DNA from: Lama guanicoe
Taxonomy: Eukaryota
Reading direction: 5' to 3'
Assembly (NCBI GenBank): GCA_013239625.1
Contig: MU053810.1
Location: forward strand, 3,504,071-3,568,070
DNA: 64,000 nt
Shown here: positions 39,118 to 52,280 of the stretch, in pieces
How positions within the stretch are numbered: position 1 is the stretch's first letter
Layout: the number at the start of each line of letters is the position of its first letter
The notes under the pieces: generated by a model
Database searches by the model: none
What the model saw: only the letters and a program-made list of their open reading frames with translations
Told to the model about the DNA's origin: nothing
Program-made: the position numbers and the translations under genes

Positions 39118-39350
39118 ATGTTATGAACTGAATGCTTGTTTCCTCTCAAGATTCACATGTTGGAACTTAACCCCCAATGTGATGACACTTGGAGGTGGGG
39201 CCTCTTTTATGAGGGCACTAATCCCATGCATATGGGCTCCACCCTCACGACCTCATCACTCCCAGAGGTCACACTTCCTGAGAGCATTCTGTTGGGGTTA
39301 GGATTTTAATATAGGAATTTTGAAGGGACAGAAACACTCAGACTATAGTG
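39118..39350. mobile_element. MaLR (MLT1/MST-like) LTR fragments
   Basis: tgttatgaactgaatgcttgtttcctc..attcacatgttggaacttaacccccaatgtgatg..ggaggtggggcc, followed by opposite-orientation ggggttaggattttaatataggaattttg. Confidence 0.65.
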
Positions 39351-39547
39351 CAGCCTGAGACCATTATTTAATTTTCAGAAGGGCAATTAATCCACAAATG
39401 GAGGAAAGATGTCATCTCAGAATGACAGGTCTTCCCAAGAGAACACATTTTAGTAAATCTGTAAATGTTTCTAAGAATATGGATTTGATAACTGAAAAAT
39501 ATTTCAACATTAGTCATGTTAAATGTTGCACTTGTTGGAACTTAGGG

Positions 39548-40052
39548 TTGGAACATAGGCCCACTCCAAAATATGCCACAATAGCATATTGATTACTTTG
39601 AATTAAAGTTACTTACGAAATGACCAAAGCAAGAGGGGCACTGTGACCTTCCTTCCTGTTTGCCTGAAAGCAGGAAATAAACCTCCCATAAGAAAGGTGC
39701 TCTCCCTGCATCTGCAGGTAAAGATAGGAGATTCAGGCTGAGAAGCCTGGATAAACAAACTTCTTTTATTTAGGACCCCAAGACCAAAATGTTTGGATTC
39801 TTTATTGACTGAACACCTAAAACCTAAGTTTCTTTGTGTCAGCAGTTCTTCACAAATGTATTGTTTGTCTAAGAAGTATAAAATCTGTCTGCTTTGACCA
39901 CTTCTTAGGTCCTATTTTTATGAGTCCTCCTTGTGTGTGAATGAAAATTTGTTGTTTTTTCTCCTGTTAATCTGTCTTGTGTCAATTGTATCATTAGTCC
40001 AGCCACAAGAACTCAAGAAGGGTAGAGGGGAAAGTTTGCCCCTTCCAACACA
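39548..40052 (+). mobile_element. ERV1-class solo LTR (MER34-like)
   Basis: ccaaaatatgccac..gcatattgattactttga; TATA-like gtataaaa at ~39876; ends cccttccaaca. Confidence 0.65.
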
Positions 40053-40281
40053 CTTACTTGGTGAAAAATAACATTATCCAGTAAGCTTAGGATAAAACAA
40101 GGTAGAATAATACAGTGGTTGAGCCAACAGGGTCTGGAGTCAGACAGACCTGACTATTTACTCAACTTTCTCTGCACCTTGGTCTTTGCTCTGTAAGATG
40201 AGATAACCATAGTTCTACTCACGAGGTTCCTGTCAGTGGACATGAAATGCAGCTAATCCGTTATCTGGCACATAAAATGTA

Positions 40282-40733
40282 CAGAATTCCTCGACTTGCA
40301 ATGGAGTCATTTTCCAATAAACCCATCATAAATTGAAAGTACCGTTAAGTTGAAAATGCATTTAATCTAGCCTACCTTAAACATGCTGAGAACAAATGTT
40401 AGCCAACAGTTGGGCAAAATCATCTAATACAAAGCCTGTTTTATAATAAAGTGTTGAAAATCTCATGTAATGTATTGATCGCTGCACTGACAGTGAAAAA
40501 CAGAATGGCTGTCTGGGTCCAGAATTATTGTAAATGTACTGGCTGTCCACCCTCGTGATCACGTGGCTGACTGGGAGCTGTGGCCGTTGCCCAGCCTCCC
40601 GAAAGCAGATTGGATCGTGTACCACTAGCCCTGGAAAAGGTCACAATTCAGAATGTGAAGTATGGTTTCTACTGAATTTGGGTCGCTTTTGCACCATGGT
40701 AAAGTCAAACCATCTTTACTTGGGGACCGTCTA
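40282..40733 (+). mobile_element. MER47/Tigger5-type DNA transposon
   Basis: TA-flanked TIR remnants cagaattcctcgacttgcaatgg ... cttggggaccgtcta; internal aacagttgggcaaaatcatctaa. Confidence 0.85.
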
Positions 40734-43700
40734 TACTTAACAAATTCTAGTTAATTGTTGACTTCTACACTTTCAGACAGTTTGCCCAAAAGAACAGAAA
40801 CTCAGCCTAATCTGGACTGGAATTTCACAGGGACTTGGAGAGTCGATGAAGAAACTCCATTTTTATCCCCTCAAGGCAGATACTTTTCTTGTCTGCCTGC
40901 TGATGTGCGGAGCAGCTAGAATTAATGACACCTTAGGGAGAAGTGTTTAAAAGAAATAAGACTAAGTGTGGACAGGTTTTTTTTTTCTTGTTTGTTAATG
41001 AAGTCTTTCTAAATATGTCTCCAAAGTTGACATGCTAGTTCATATTTTTCCAGCTTTTTCACAATATTCTTAATTTTTTCTAATGACCGTTCAAGTTTAC
41101 ACATTGAAAAACTAAGGCACAAGACAATTAAGCAACTGGCTTAACGTAATAATATCTAACATTTGTTGAAACTTAATCTCCCGCCTACTTTATATTTATC
41201 TTAACTCATCTATATCCTCAGAGCAATCCTGGGACGTTGGTGCAATTTACATGTCCAACTTAAAGACAAGGAGACTGAGGTTCAGGAAGGTTAAGAAACT
41301 GGTCCAGGATCACGTGGCTGGGAGGTGGAGGTGCCAGGACCCATAATGAGCTGTCTGGTTCCAGAGTCACTCTGCTATGTCAGCAGAAGATTGTCTAAAT
41401 TGAACGCTCTTGTATTTAAAGAGCAGCGCGTCACCACGAGCTGGGATTAGGGGATGATGGTGAGGTAGGCAGACCTCCTCCAACTCCTGTGAGCTGCCAC
41501 ATCTCTTCTTTAACCGCCCCACCACACATACCCCCACCAGCCAGGAAGGCAAGCCAGTCTCTGCCCCCTCCTCCCACCCCAAGACCCCACTGTTCCTCTG
41601 CTTCTTCTTTGTCATTTCACAAAGATCTATTTGTTTGATCTTTCCATCTCTTCATTGTTTCCATCTAAATTGAGAGACAGGGTTGAAGGCAAAGGAGGTA
41701 CTGAAATCAAATCCTTCAGAAAGTGAGAGATGAAAATGCCAGGATATCTATCTGCCTTGTCACATAGACATTTCCTCAACATGCCTCCAAACATCACCCT
41801 TTGTCCCTTCTTCTGCCCTTCAATCTGATTGATTGTGTGGATGTCAACTGATTATATATCTAGGGAAAAGATCTGTCCATCCTGAATTCATTCTGGCCAC
41901 ATAAAAGCTGGGACTGTAGCCTCATTGTGCATGTAAAACCCAAGTTGACTGAGGACAGGAAGAAAAAAATTCTTACTCATTGTTATCTTGTAGTTATTAG
42001 GGGCTCAGAGAGGTACTTCCAGGGGTGAGAACCAGCCAGAGAGATATTACAGTAGTCACTTGTTTGAGCAGAAAATTATTTTTGAGGCTAGAATTCAAAC
42101 ACTCCAGTCTTTGAACACCTTATTTTTATTCTTTTCCTTGCTTGAAACAATAACACCATCACTTTCTGGTGAGATTTTGATGGTGGTCTGTGTTTTCCTC
42201 AGAATTCCTGACAGTTACAGCAGCTAGGCACATCCCCACCCCGCTCCGGGGAGCAGGGGTCCCAGGGCTCAGGGAATATCACATACAGAAGAGCAAGCAC
42301 CCTACTGAAAAAAGAGCTCAGAGCCTGTGTAGACAGGAGCCCAGGGAGGTGGTGGTTGGTGTGGGTGTGGCGGGGGGGGGGCCAACAGGGCAGGGCGGGG
42401 CTGGGATACTGGAAAGAGGAGGAAGGGAGGAGCTGGGATACTGGAAAGAGGTTGAAGGGCCCAGCCAGCTGCGCTGACATCCTTCCCAAGGTATGGGAAA
42501 ACAAGGAAGAGCTCTGTATCCTATCAGGGCACAGCTGTGATTGTGGTTCTGCTTCAGAGCATCCATCCTTTGGCATTCTGGGGAGGAGGAGCTGGAGGGG
42601 CCACAGACAGAGACTGCTGGATGTACCCTGAGCAGTTACCCAAGTAAAGGGCCCTAAGGTCCTAAGGTGAGGTGATGGTGACAGTGGAGCCCTGGGGGAG
42701 GAGGGGACAGATCCCACACTCGCTCAGGAAGTAGAACTGGGAGGACGTGGTGATAACTGGATGTGACAGATGGGGAAAAAAAGAGGTCTAGGGTCATTGG
42801 TATAATTCAGTTTTAATATTTAGGATTCACTCTGTTATTGCCAGGTTTGACCTACTTAGCAAATCAAAATAATAACATGGACCAAGAAGCCTAAAGAAGT
42901 CCAAGGTGATGGCTGCAGGCCATGATCCAGGACAGAGAGGGGTCAGGTTCTGAGGGTCAGGAACCAAGGAAGACAACCAGGGCACCAGAAACAGGGGACT
43001 CAGGCTGCCGAGATCAGGGGTTCCTACCAGTTCTGCCCAGCACTGTCCACCTCACCCCGGACTGTTTTTAAGACAGCTGTGCACTAGTCAGCACAACCCG
43101 GCTGCTGCTCAAACCCAGTCTCAGGCAAGAGCTTCTGAAAAATAAGACCACAGACCCATGGAGAGGGAAACTAGGATCATTCAGCCCCTCCAAAGGACAG
43201 GGCTGGCATCTCGCGTGCACACACACGCACACAAGGGTGTGTCATTTGAAGTAAAATGGTAGAAAAAAAAAGTGTGTATAGTAACCCTCTGGACCAGAGG
43301 GACTAGATGTTGTTCTCACACTCAGGGGCCTCGGATGCAGAAAGATGTTTCTTTTTCTGTCAGTGATGTGAACATGTCAGTTCTAACATGTTCTCCATCA
43401 ATTCCACATGGAACGGGAAGTCAGACTCTTTACAGAGGGAAAGGACTCAGGGTAATTTTTGTCCTGGGGTCAGTCCTGTTTCCCTCCTGGTTCAGTTTAA
43501 TGGAAAGACAGTAAATGTCCAACTAAGATTTTTCCTGGGATGACTCCATTCTCAGTTCTAAGCATAAGACACTTCAACTATATTCATCAAATAAACACAA
43601 AATATATTCCCTCTACACAGCCCTTTAAAAGAACCAACTAGAATTACTACCAACAGATAAGTGCATAAACATAATGTTAAATAAACAAACTGATGCCAGT

Positions 43701-45184
43701 TATGTGATGCATCTTAAATGCAAATATCTTCCAAAATTACCAGTATCCCTGGGCCATGAAATAAACTGTATTTTCTACTCAACGCATGAAAGGGACAGCA
43801 AGAGTAATGAGTTTTTAACAGTTTCATAAATAACCATGTCTGAAAATAGTTTGTGAATATTTGGGACTCATTTATGAAATGCTAACATGTTATTTCAATA
43901 CAGGACACACTTTGTGGCAGTTTAGTGACTGGCAAAGAATTCAATCAATGGTGAGAAAAGAAGCAGGGTGCAATTGGCATAGGCTTGAATTTAGGTGTGA
44001 GAGAAATCTGTGACGTGAATTGTCTGTAGTTCTTGTTGAAATGGACCCAGAAAAGCAAAGAGCGATATATTGTGTAAAATACAAGACCCCTTCAAGTTTC
44101 CATGTTGGTTACACACTGTTGCTACATCTGAGGTTGAAGTTGTCTTCACCACTTCCTTTTCTTTTGTTCCAAATCTGTCCTCCGAAGGCAGGCTATCCAT
44201 GCACCCCCAGAGGAAGTGCTTATTTGCAGCTCAGGCTGGGTAGTTGCTGTGTTAAGTGGTAAACTTTTTATTCAGCTGTCCTTGAGTTAAGTCTTATATT
44301 CTGTGTAGGACACTGAGGAGGAAGTAAAAACAAATTTTAATGCTGTGACGTCTTCTTTGAAGTCAATATTTGTGTGGGGTGAGGTGCTTAGCAGCTATTA
44401 AAATATATCACATAAGACATTTTAGCTCCCATAAAAATTCATCCTTTTTTCTCAGTTGATTATTTTTCTTCATTCTGATTCTAGGCAGCTGCTGTATTTA
44501 CTAACACAAGTGGAATCAATGGTTCCATGATCTTTTAGACTGTATTCATAATACTGTGGATGTTTTAAAGTAGCCCAGAAAGTGACTGGGATCTCTGAAT
44601 TTTCAGCCTCACTTAATATTTCCTGAAAGATCTGCCCAAAATTGCAGAGAGGTCATGACAATTTTAAGGGGGGTAGGGAGACCTTTTCATCCTTCTTCAA
44701 AATATAATCAGTCACATTTATTCTGGGCTTTCCTTCACTAGAAACTGACAGCCTGGAAAACTCATGGCCCTGGTGGAAGGGTCCTGAAATCCAAGAACCT
44801 GACCATTTTGTGGCAAGAAAGGGGAGAATTAGAGAGATTTCAAACAGCAAACTGACGGGCTTCTCTACACATATTTTCTGGGATTGAACGTCTGGTCTTT
44901 GAGCTCGTTTCAAATGTAAAGAACAACATAAAGTGTTTGTAGAAAAAATGACTTCCCTCCTAGTCTGCCAAAGATAGTTTTAATACTGTTCCTCTGTCCA
45001 CAGAGGACAGGCATCAGTACCTCCACTCTAGTCAACACCAGCCTTCCCTCCAGTCCTGTGTTCTGGTCTTTGGTCTCCACTGCGCTGAAAACATCCCTTT
45101 TCTGGACTCCATATAAATAGTGGTTCATTCCATTTATTTGGCATAAATCACATACCAACCGGTGTTAGTAAACATTTGTAGGTT

Positions 45185-45604
45185 TTTCTTTGCCATTTAC
45201 AACAACATGGATGGATTTGGGGGGTTTTGTGCTTAGTGAAATAAGTGGGACAGAAAGACAAATACTGTTGATATCACATATGTGTGGACTCTAAAAAATA
45301 CAAATTAGTGAATATAACAAAAAAGAAGCAGACTCACAGATACAGAGAACAAACTAGTGGCTACCAGTGGGGAGAGGGGAGGCACGCGGTGGGGGCAATG
45401 TAGGGGCAGGGGAGTAAGAGGTGCAAACTATTCGATATAAAATAAGCTACAAGGGTATATTGTACAGCATGAGGAATGCAGCCAATATTTTATAGCAACA
45501 AATGGATTATAACCTTGAAACATTGTGAATCACTATATGGTACATTTGTAACTTGTACATTACTGTCCATCAACTATACTTCAACTTAAAAATTTTAAAA
45601 AATG
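45185..45604 (+). mobile_element. L1 3'-end insertion with TSD
   Basis: gcttagtgaaataagt..cagaaagacaaatactg..ctatacttcaa; TSD catttgtaggtt on both sides. Confidence 0.88.
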
Positions 45605-46399
45605 CATTTGTAGGTTCTTGTCCTGGATCCATAACTGAGTTGTAAGTTTAGAGCCCCATGGTCAAGAGTGATGGCTTAGTCCCACTGCTTGGGTTTAATA
45701 TTGTCCCTAAGTGTGAGAATGAGACAGCACACGCAGGGCTCGGCAGGAGAGCCAGGCGCATGGGAAGCACCCAAAGATGAGCCGTTATTAGTAAACGTCT
45801 TGATAAGCAACCTGTTTTTACTCAATCAAGATGCAAAATACGTACAAAATCAGATTATACCCGATGGCTGACCAAGTTGGGTGACTCAAGTTGACAGCAT
45901 CAAGAAGATAGCAGTGTTGGTCTGAAGCTGTTTTCCCTGCCTCGTCCCTAAGGGGACAGAAGAAGAAGTGTGGTCTGGTTCCGAAGGAAACCAGGTCACA
46001 CTTTGTTTCCCATTTGGACGGTCTGTGTAGAAATGTGTATCGCGACTCCCAGAATTCCTCCGTGACAGCTCCCTCAGTCAATGGGCAAGGAGGAGTTTTT
46101 CAGGCTGGGCTTACACTGATCTGCCTCAGAAGAGAAAGCCAAATAATTCCTATTTTTGGCCTTGTGCTTAGGAAAAAGGGACAAACTGCTTGTTTTTAAA
46201 AAAAAACTTCCTGGGACATTAAACAACAGTTTTTTTTCTTTTGTTTTTCTTTCTTTTTTTTTTTTAAGATAGGGAGGAGATCATTTAAAGAGGAAATGAC
46301 CAAGGAGGCTCTCCAGTTTCACTCTTTTAGGATAAAAATGTGTTTTCCTCTCCATTCTTAGAGATTGCTTTTTCAATAAAAAACACATCAGAATTAGGC

Positions 46400-49300
46400 A
46401 GTTTGCACTGCAATCAAATCAGGGCATAACTTCCTTAAGGAGGCCTTTCACCACCTGGGAGGCTGTTCCTGTCTGGTGGGATGTGTGGACACCCTTCCAG
46501 GCTGGGTGGGAGCAAACACTAGCAGGCATCTGGAATTGCCTGCAGCTCGAGGCATTTGAGCAAAGTCTATTTACCAGTACTTGGTGGGCCAGGTTCCTCT
46601 GTGTTGAGTCCCCCCAGCCCTGCATCTGGAGAGGTCTGACAGCTGTCTTTGTGTTATTTTGAGCACAAATCACGCAATTCTGAGTGACTCTCTGCATGGT
46701 CTTGTGTAGGTTAGGCCCTGTTATATATTTTTGAATCCGTTGTAAGGTGACATCTCTCCTGCACAGCATCTAAGAGTAACTCAGAGGTCAAAATAGGTCC
46801 TTATCTGCTCCATTTCCAGCCAGGAGAGGTGCAATCAAGAGTGAAACCCCACTCTTTGGCCCTTTCTCTGATTTTTTCCTACAAAGGAGATCCCGACTCA
46901 CAAGAGGGATTGGACACTCTGACATATATAAGAATCTATGTTTCTGGGTGAGGTCCCCTATCTGGCATTCTGGAGGTTGCAAGAATGAATGATTTTGTAC
47001 TCCTCTAGAGACTTCCATGATGGGGATGGACTGAGATGTTTTCCGTGTCCCCTTGGTGTTTAGCACAGTGTCTGTTGCTCCTGCATCTATCAGAAAGTTA
47101 ATCCAGTTTATTCCCTGCTGTCAATTTCATCCAGGGCTCCGGTGGGGAAATTGAACTGGGCACCTCAAGTCCAAGGCCGCCCCTGGGCCTCTTCATTCAT
47201 CAAGAGTGTTCCTCTCTTTTCATCACACCAGAGGCGCCCATCTTTCTTTTGTTTTGCTTCCTGTTTAGTCTAGGGCAATCATTTTTCCAAAGCTGTTCTT
47301 CCTAATAGTAAGCACATTGCTCCTTCTCCAAGAGTGGCTTACCTCTCATTGGGTGACTTGCCTTTCAGGAATCTGATGCCCCAGCCAGAAAAATGGCATT
47401 CTGCTTTGCATCTTCCTTCTCCTGTCCTTGTCCCCTGTTGTTGAACATTTTAAAAGCAACATCTACCAGTTGAGAAGAGTTCATTCCAAATGCAGCATCT
47501 CATTTTTGCAGCCTTCTCCTGATACCTGAGGCACTCTGCCCAAAGGCCAAGTTTACCATTCTAGTATTTTGAGGGGCCTTGGGATAGGCATTAGTAAAAT
47601 GTCTGCAGACTGGATAAATCCTTTCCAAAAATTCAAAGGGGTCTTCGTTTCTCTCCCCCCACCCCCGCCACCCCTGAATTTCTTGAATTTTGTTCAAACT
47701 ATTTTGCTTTGTTTCCCCTTGTCAAAGCCCTGCCAAGATGCACTTTTAGTAGTGCTCTAATAAGGGCCTTCCTCCCTCACTGGGGTCCCATTTGGGTTCA
47801 GCTGTGGGTCCTGCCAAGTGGGCTTCAGTGTAGCACGTGGGTCTGTTAGGTGGGGCTGGTGTGCTTCTTCCCCGACCTTCTCAGTGACCTTTCTACCCCA
47901 TCATATTGAGAAGAACGTATGTGTCTGCTCACGAAGGGTGGTGGGTAGCAGAAATTGAAGTGAACAATTCTGTCAGTTGGAGAGGATTCTCCCTATAATG
48001 AGGGTTGTGATCTTTCCAATTAGACACGTCTGAGGTGGAGAAAGGACTCTGCATCCAAAGAAACCCAGCTGGCTGGCCATCTGCATTTAGGCTCCCTACT
48101 GGATGATGGCTAAAGGGAAATTGCCCTGCCCTGGGAGTGGCTTCTGTTGGGTCTTAAGTGGCAATACCAGACCAGGTCCCTATGCCTCAGAAACTAACAC
48201 AAGATTTTCAAATTGGTCCCTATAAGGAGGCGGAGCCAGTAGGACAACTCCCTGAGCCGCAGGGTCTGGATGGGGGCTGGATAGGAACAGGCGGCAGTGG
48301 AAGGGGTGGATATACTGGCAAAATGGCTGGAGCACCTGGGACAGCCAGCTCGGCTGGAGGATAAAGTGACATAGCCTCATCCTCGCTCCCTTTCTCTTCT
48401 TCCCACAGGACAGAGTTTTCCTTTTGCCACAAGGTGACAACTGTCTGACTTTGTGCCACCCTGATGTAATAGCACAAAGTCCTGCTCAGAGAGGATTTCA
48501 TCATCCTCCCCGGTTTCTTCACAGAATAGCTATAGAGCCATTCAAAGGCCACTGTAAAACCATAAATAGCAATTGATCATCTCTAACCATTCAAAGGATG
48601 CCTTTTTGCCTTGGCAGCAACCGACCAGACTGAATCCTGGGCTGGAGCTTTTGGTGACTTTAGGAACCAAGTGTAGCCTTTCTCTTCTCCCTGGGAGTGT
48701 CCCACTTTTGGACAAGAACAGACAGGTTTCTTGGTTGTCTCCATTTGACATGAGTCTGTAAAGGAAGAAATGGTGCCAAAACAAAATGAAGTGAAAAACT
48801 CAAAGAACAAACCAAAAACCTTAAATAAACCCTCAAATTTGGTCTTGGGGTTTTACGCATCACAAGAACCATCATCTCAACCCCCCGTGCCAGGTAAGTC
48901 CTTGGAGAGCTGTCCGATCCAGACCAACGACACAGGAGACTGCAAAGGACATAACACAGTAGGAGTGACAGGACATGGTGCACTGGGTCTCAAGATAACC
49001 TTGCCTACACCCCTTGTGGAGATCCCAACAGGTACTGTGGCCACACGTTGTTAAATACCAGAAAAACAAAACACGAACAGTGCACACAAATGCTAGCATC
49101 CCAAGGAAAGACCAACCAGTTGACAAAGTGGGTAAAAGTTCAGCTTGTTTCCTCTCTCCACCAGTGTACCCTACTCAATTACAAAACAAATTGGCTTCGT
49201 TCAGAGAAAAAACAAAAAACAAAAAAACCCCTCCCAAACAGAGAGGAAATAAAGTTTTCAGCTATACACATGGGGGTGACTTATCCTACTGTATGGAGTC

Positions 49301-49477
49301 CGGCTGCCCCCTCCAACTGCCAAGTGCTGGGGCAGCCAGTGCCACCTGGGGGAATTCTGAAGGGCAGACCCTCAGGACAAGTGGTCCTAGCAGCTGCAAG
49401 GGCCTTACTCAAAAATCCTCCTATCCGGGGCCAGCTGGCCATGAGCAGCAAGACTCCTGGCTGGCTTCTCCAAAATT
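46400..49477 (-). mobile_element. Degenerate ERV1 (gamma-like) internal region: PBS, gag, protease, partial integrase; RT/RNase H absent
   Basis: Gag capsid MHR EDPFEFLERI..GQSASGIRRRLQK (47500-47650); degenerate zinc knuckle QCAYY*EEQLWKNDCP (~47273-47322); protease FLIDAGAT..VLNT and PIPLVSRDLL (46880-47100); integrase CVICAQNN, W*IDF, TASQVVKGLLKEVMP (46420-46700). Confidence 0.9.
49452..49472 (-). other. Retroviral primer-binding site complementary to tRNA-Arg
   Basis: Plus strand gactcctggctggcttctcca resembles the tRNA-Arg(ACG) 3' end GACTCCTGGCTGGCTCGCCA; lies 5 nt inside the LTR end (..GGTAACA on minus). Confidence 0.8.
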
Positions 49478-50082
49478 TGTTACCAAGTCCAAGCTGCTTT
49501 TCTCATGACAGGTCAATCAATTGCGAGGTGAGGCATTGGGGTGAAAATCAGTGACATTATTCCAAAAGCCAGCAGACCGAGAAGACAGCTGAGTACCATC
49601 CTAAAGAACCATCTTTCCCGAGTTACAGCTCAGGCTTCTTTACACCAAAAGGGGCGGGGATCAAGTCCTGCTTCCAGTCAGCCTCTGGAAGGGGTGTGTT
49701 CATTACTTTCTGCCTGCAGCCATTCACAGTTGGGCCTGGCCAGGATGTTTCCTGGGAACTAAACAAAGGTACTTTCACTTAACACTCATTACCTGGGAGG
49801 CAAGGTTCCCAAAGATGTGCTATTATGTATAATTTAAACTTACAGCCTACATCCCTTTAGTGATTAACTTGTAATAAGGGGAGAGGGTATAGCTCAACAT
49901 GGTAGAGTACATGCTTAGCGTGTATGAGGTCCCGGGTTCAATCCCCAGTACCTCCTCTTAAAAAAAAAAAGTAAAGAAATAAACCTAATTACCTCCCTCC
50001 CCTCAAATAAACCTAAAAAAAAGTAAAATCAATCTATTAAAAAAAAACTTGTAATAGACTACAAAAGTTCTTCCCTATTATA
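49478..50082 (-). mobile_element. 5' LTR of the ERV1 provirus, interrupted by a SINE
   Basis: Abuts the PBS and ends ..TAACA on the minus strand; outer boundary (~50082) inferred. Confidence 0.7.
49878..50045 (+). mobile_element. tRNA-derived SINE (Vic-1-like) nested in the LTR
   Basis: GGGGAGAGGGTATAGCTCAACATGGTAGAG..GGGTTCAATCCCCAGTACC; TSD aacttgtaata at 49866-49876 and 50046-50056. Confidence 0.92.
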
Positions 50083-50384
50083 TAAAGTTATCTCCCTGGA
50101 AAATTTAACTACATGTAGGAAGGATACATAGATAGCATCATAATAAAAGGAAGCCTTTGGTATCAGACCCATGTAAGTTTTTTTCTCCACATTTAAGAAA
50201 ATTTATTGTTTTTAAAAAATTGAAGTATAGTTTAGACCCATTTAGGTTTAACTCCCAACTTAGCTACTTAACTTGCAATATAAACTTGAACAAAACACTT
50301 AACTTTTCCAAACTTTAGCATGTTCACTCCTAAAATGAGTCTTTTTCTTTTTCTTTCTTTCTTTTTTTCTTTTTGGTGCGTGTG

Positions 50385-51142
50385 ATACTGTGATATTTAA
50401 TAAAATATATATATATTTGGTTTTTGTCCAGTTCCTGGCACAGAGCACCTAAAACCCGTGGAATTTCCTGAGGAGAGCAACAAAGGTGGCTTTTGTTATG
50501 TTAATGAGGTGATTTTTGGACTGCACCTAAGAGTGGAGGCTCATTGCCAGAAGCAACCACATGATTGGAAATTTGGAACTTTCAGTCTTACCCCTGAGGG
50601 GACTGGGGCTGGAAGTCAAATCAATTCCTGGTGGCCAATGATTTAATCAATCATGCTGATGTAATGAGGCCACTATAAAAACTCTGAAGGTTGGAATTTG
50701 GACAGCTTCCAGGTTGGTGAACACACTGGGGAGTCAGGGAGAACCTTGGAATCTCTGTGCCCTTTCCCCATTCCCTGCCCTACGCATCTCTACCACCTGT
50801 CTCTTTTGAGTCACACCCCTTTATAACAAACTGATCGTCTAGTGAGTGAAATGTTTCTCCAAGTTCTGTAAGCTGCTCTAGCAAACTCATCAGACCAAAG
50901 TGTGGGTTGTGGGGAGCATGGTTCCATAGCAGGTCCATTAGAAGCACAGGTGACAACCTGGGCTTGAAATTGGCATCTGAAGCGGGGAACAGTCTTGTAG
51001 GACTAAACCCTTCACCTACTGAATCTGACACTGTCTCCACATAGTGTCAGAATTGAGATGAATTGTGGGAACACCCTGCTAGGGTCCAAGAATTGCTTGG
51101 TGTTGGGTGAAAACCCCACGCATCAGAACCTGGTATCAGAAT
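50385..51142 (+). mobile_element. MER21-type LTR
   Basis: ttcctggcacagagcacctaaaacccgtggaatttcctg..gccaatgatttaatcaatcatgc..gttctgtaagctgctctagcaaa..agtgtcagaattgag. Confidence 0.85.
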
Positions 51143-52098
51143 CTTAGTGAGTATTAAAGGAGAAAATATATGCAATGCATGTAGTATACACAGTTCCTGG
51201 TACAGAGAAGAAGCTCAATAGAAGATGATACGTATTTGTTACACGGCTAGGATGTATTGGTCACTGAGGGAGTCACTGAGGACAAAACAGACAGGGTCTG
51301 TCTTCTCATAAGCTGGTGGAACGGGTGCAGTTAACTAATGGCCCAGGGAGATCTTCCTCCCTTGGCTCTATCTTACACAGCACAAAATGAAATAAAAGGG
51401 AACACTGGCAATTATCTGGAACGTTGATCAAAGAAGCGGGCCAACCTTCTCTCTTTGCACACAGGACACTGAGATACCTGGAAGCTCCGTTTGACTCCTG
51501 CTCCCAGCTCAGTATTTCATCAGCCCCAAGGCCAGCCTGTTCTGTCTTTAAATCCAGTTTCTTCTCCAGGAGAGTTTTACAGTTTATAGCATAATCACTT
51601 TGGCCTAATTTACCAAAACACCCTCCAACCTTGTTTTACATAAGTTCTCGTATTAAAAAAAATTATGGAACACCTGCTGTAAGAAAAAAATTAAAGAGAA
51701 GTGCTATGATAAAGGTCTACACAGGAGGACAGAAGGAGGGGGCAGGAACCCCTGGTTATGTGGGTGTTGAGGTCAAAAGAAGTATCTGAGCTGGAAAGAA
51801 ATAATTGGGAGTGGAGGAGACGCCCTAGGAAAAGGCCTTGAGGGAAAAGAGAAGAATGTTAGGAACTGAACTGGGGCAGGGGGTGGGGTGGGTGGAAGGA
51901 GGATGAAGGCAGATAGAAAACTAAGGAGATGAGGGAGCAGCCAACAAGAGAAAGAGAAAGAGAAACCCGAGGGAAGGGATTGTTTCCAGAGGGAGAGAGG
52001 GGTCAGGAGTTGCTGACACAACCTAGAAGTCAGGAAAAGACAGAAAATGTCTTCCTGAGCTGAGAACCTTCAGGTCATTGGTGACCACTGTGAGTGTA

Positions 52099-52280
52099 CA
52101 GTTGGTCCTCGGTCCCCCCAGGGGATTGGCTCCAGGACCCCCCTGAGGACACCAGGCTCCACAGATGCTCAAGTCTCTCATGTAACATGGCCTAGTATTG
52201 CATGTAACCTACATACATCCTCTCATACACTTTAAATCATCTCTAGGTCACTTATAATACTGACTGCAATGGAAATGCTG
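52099..52280 (+). mobile_element. MER2 (Tigger-derived) DNA transposon, partial
   Basis: ggggattggctccaggacccc..gatgctcaagtctc..tttaaatcatctctag. Confidence 0.85.

Noticed and set aside
42398..42450. 20-bp direct repeat gctgggatactggaaagagg
   Set aside because: Two-copy local duplication in purine-rich sequence with no further structure.
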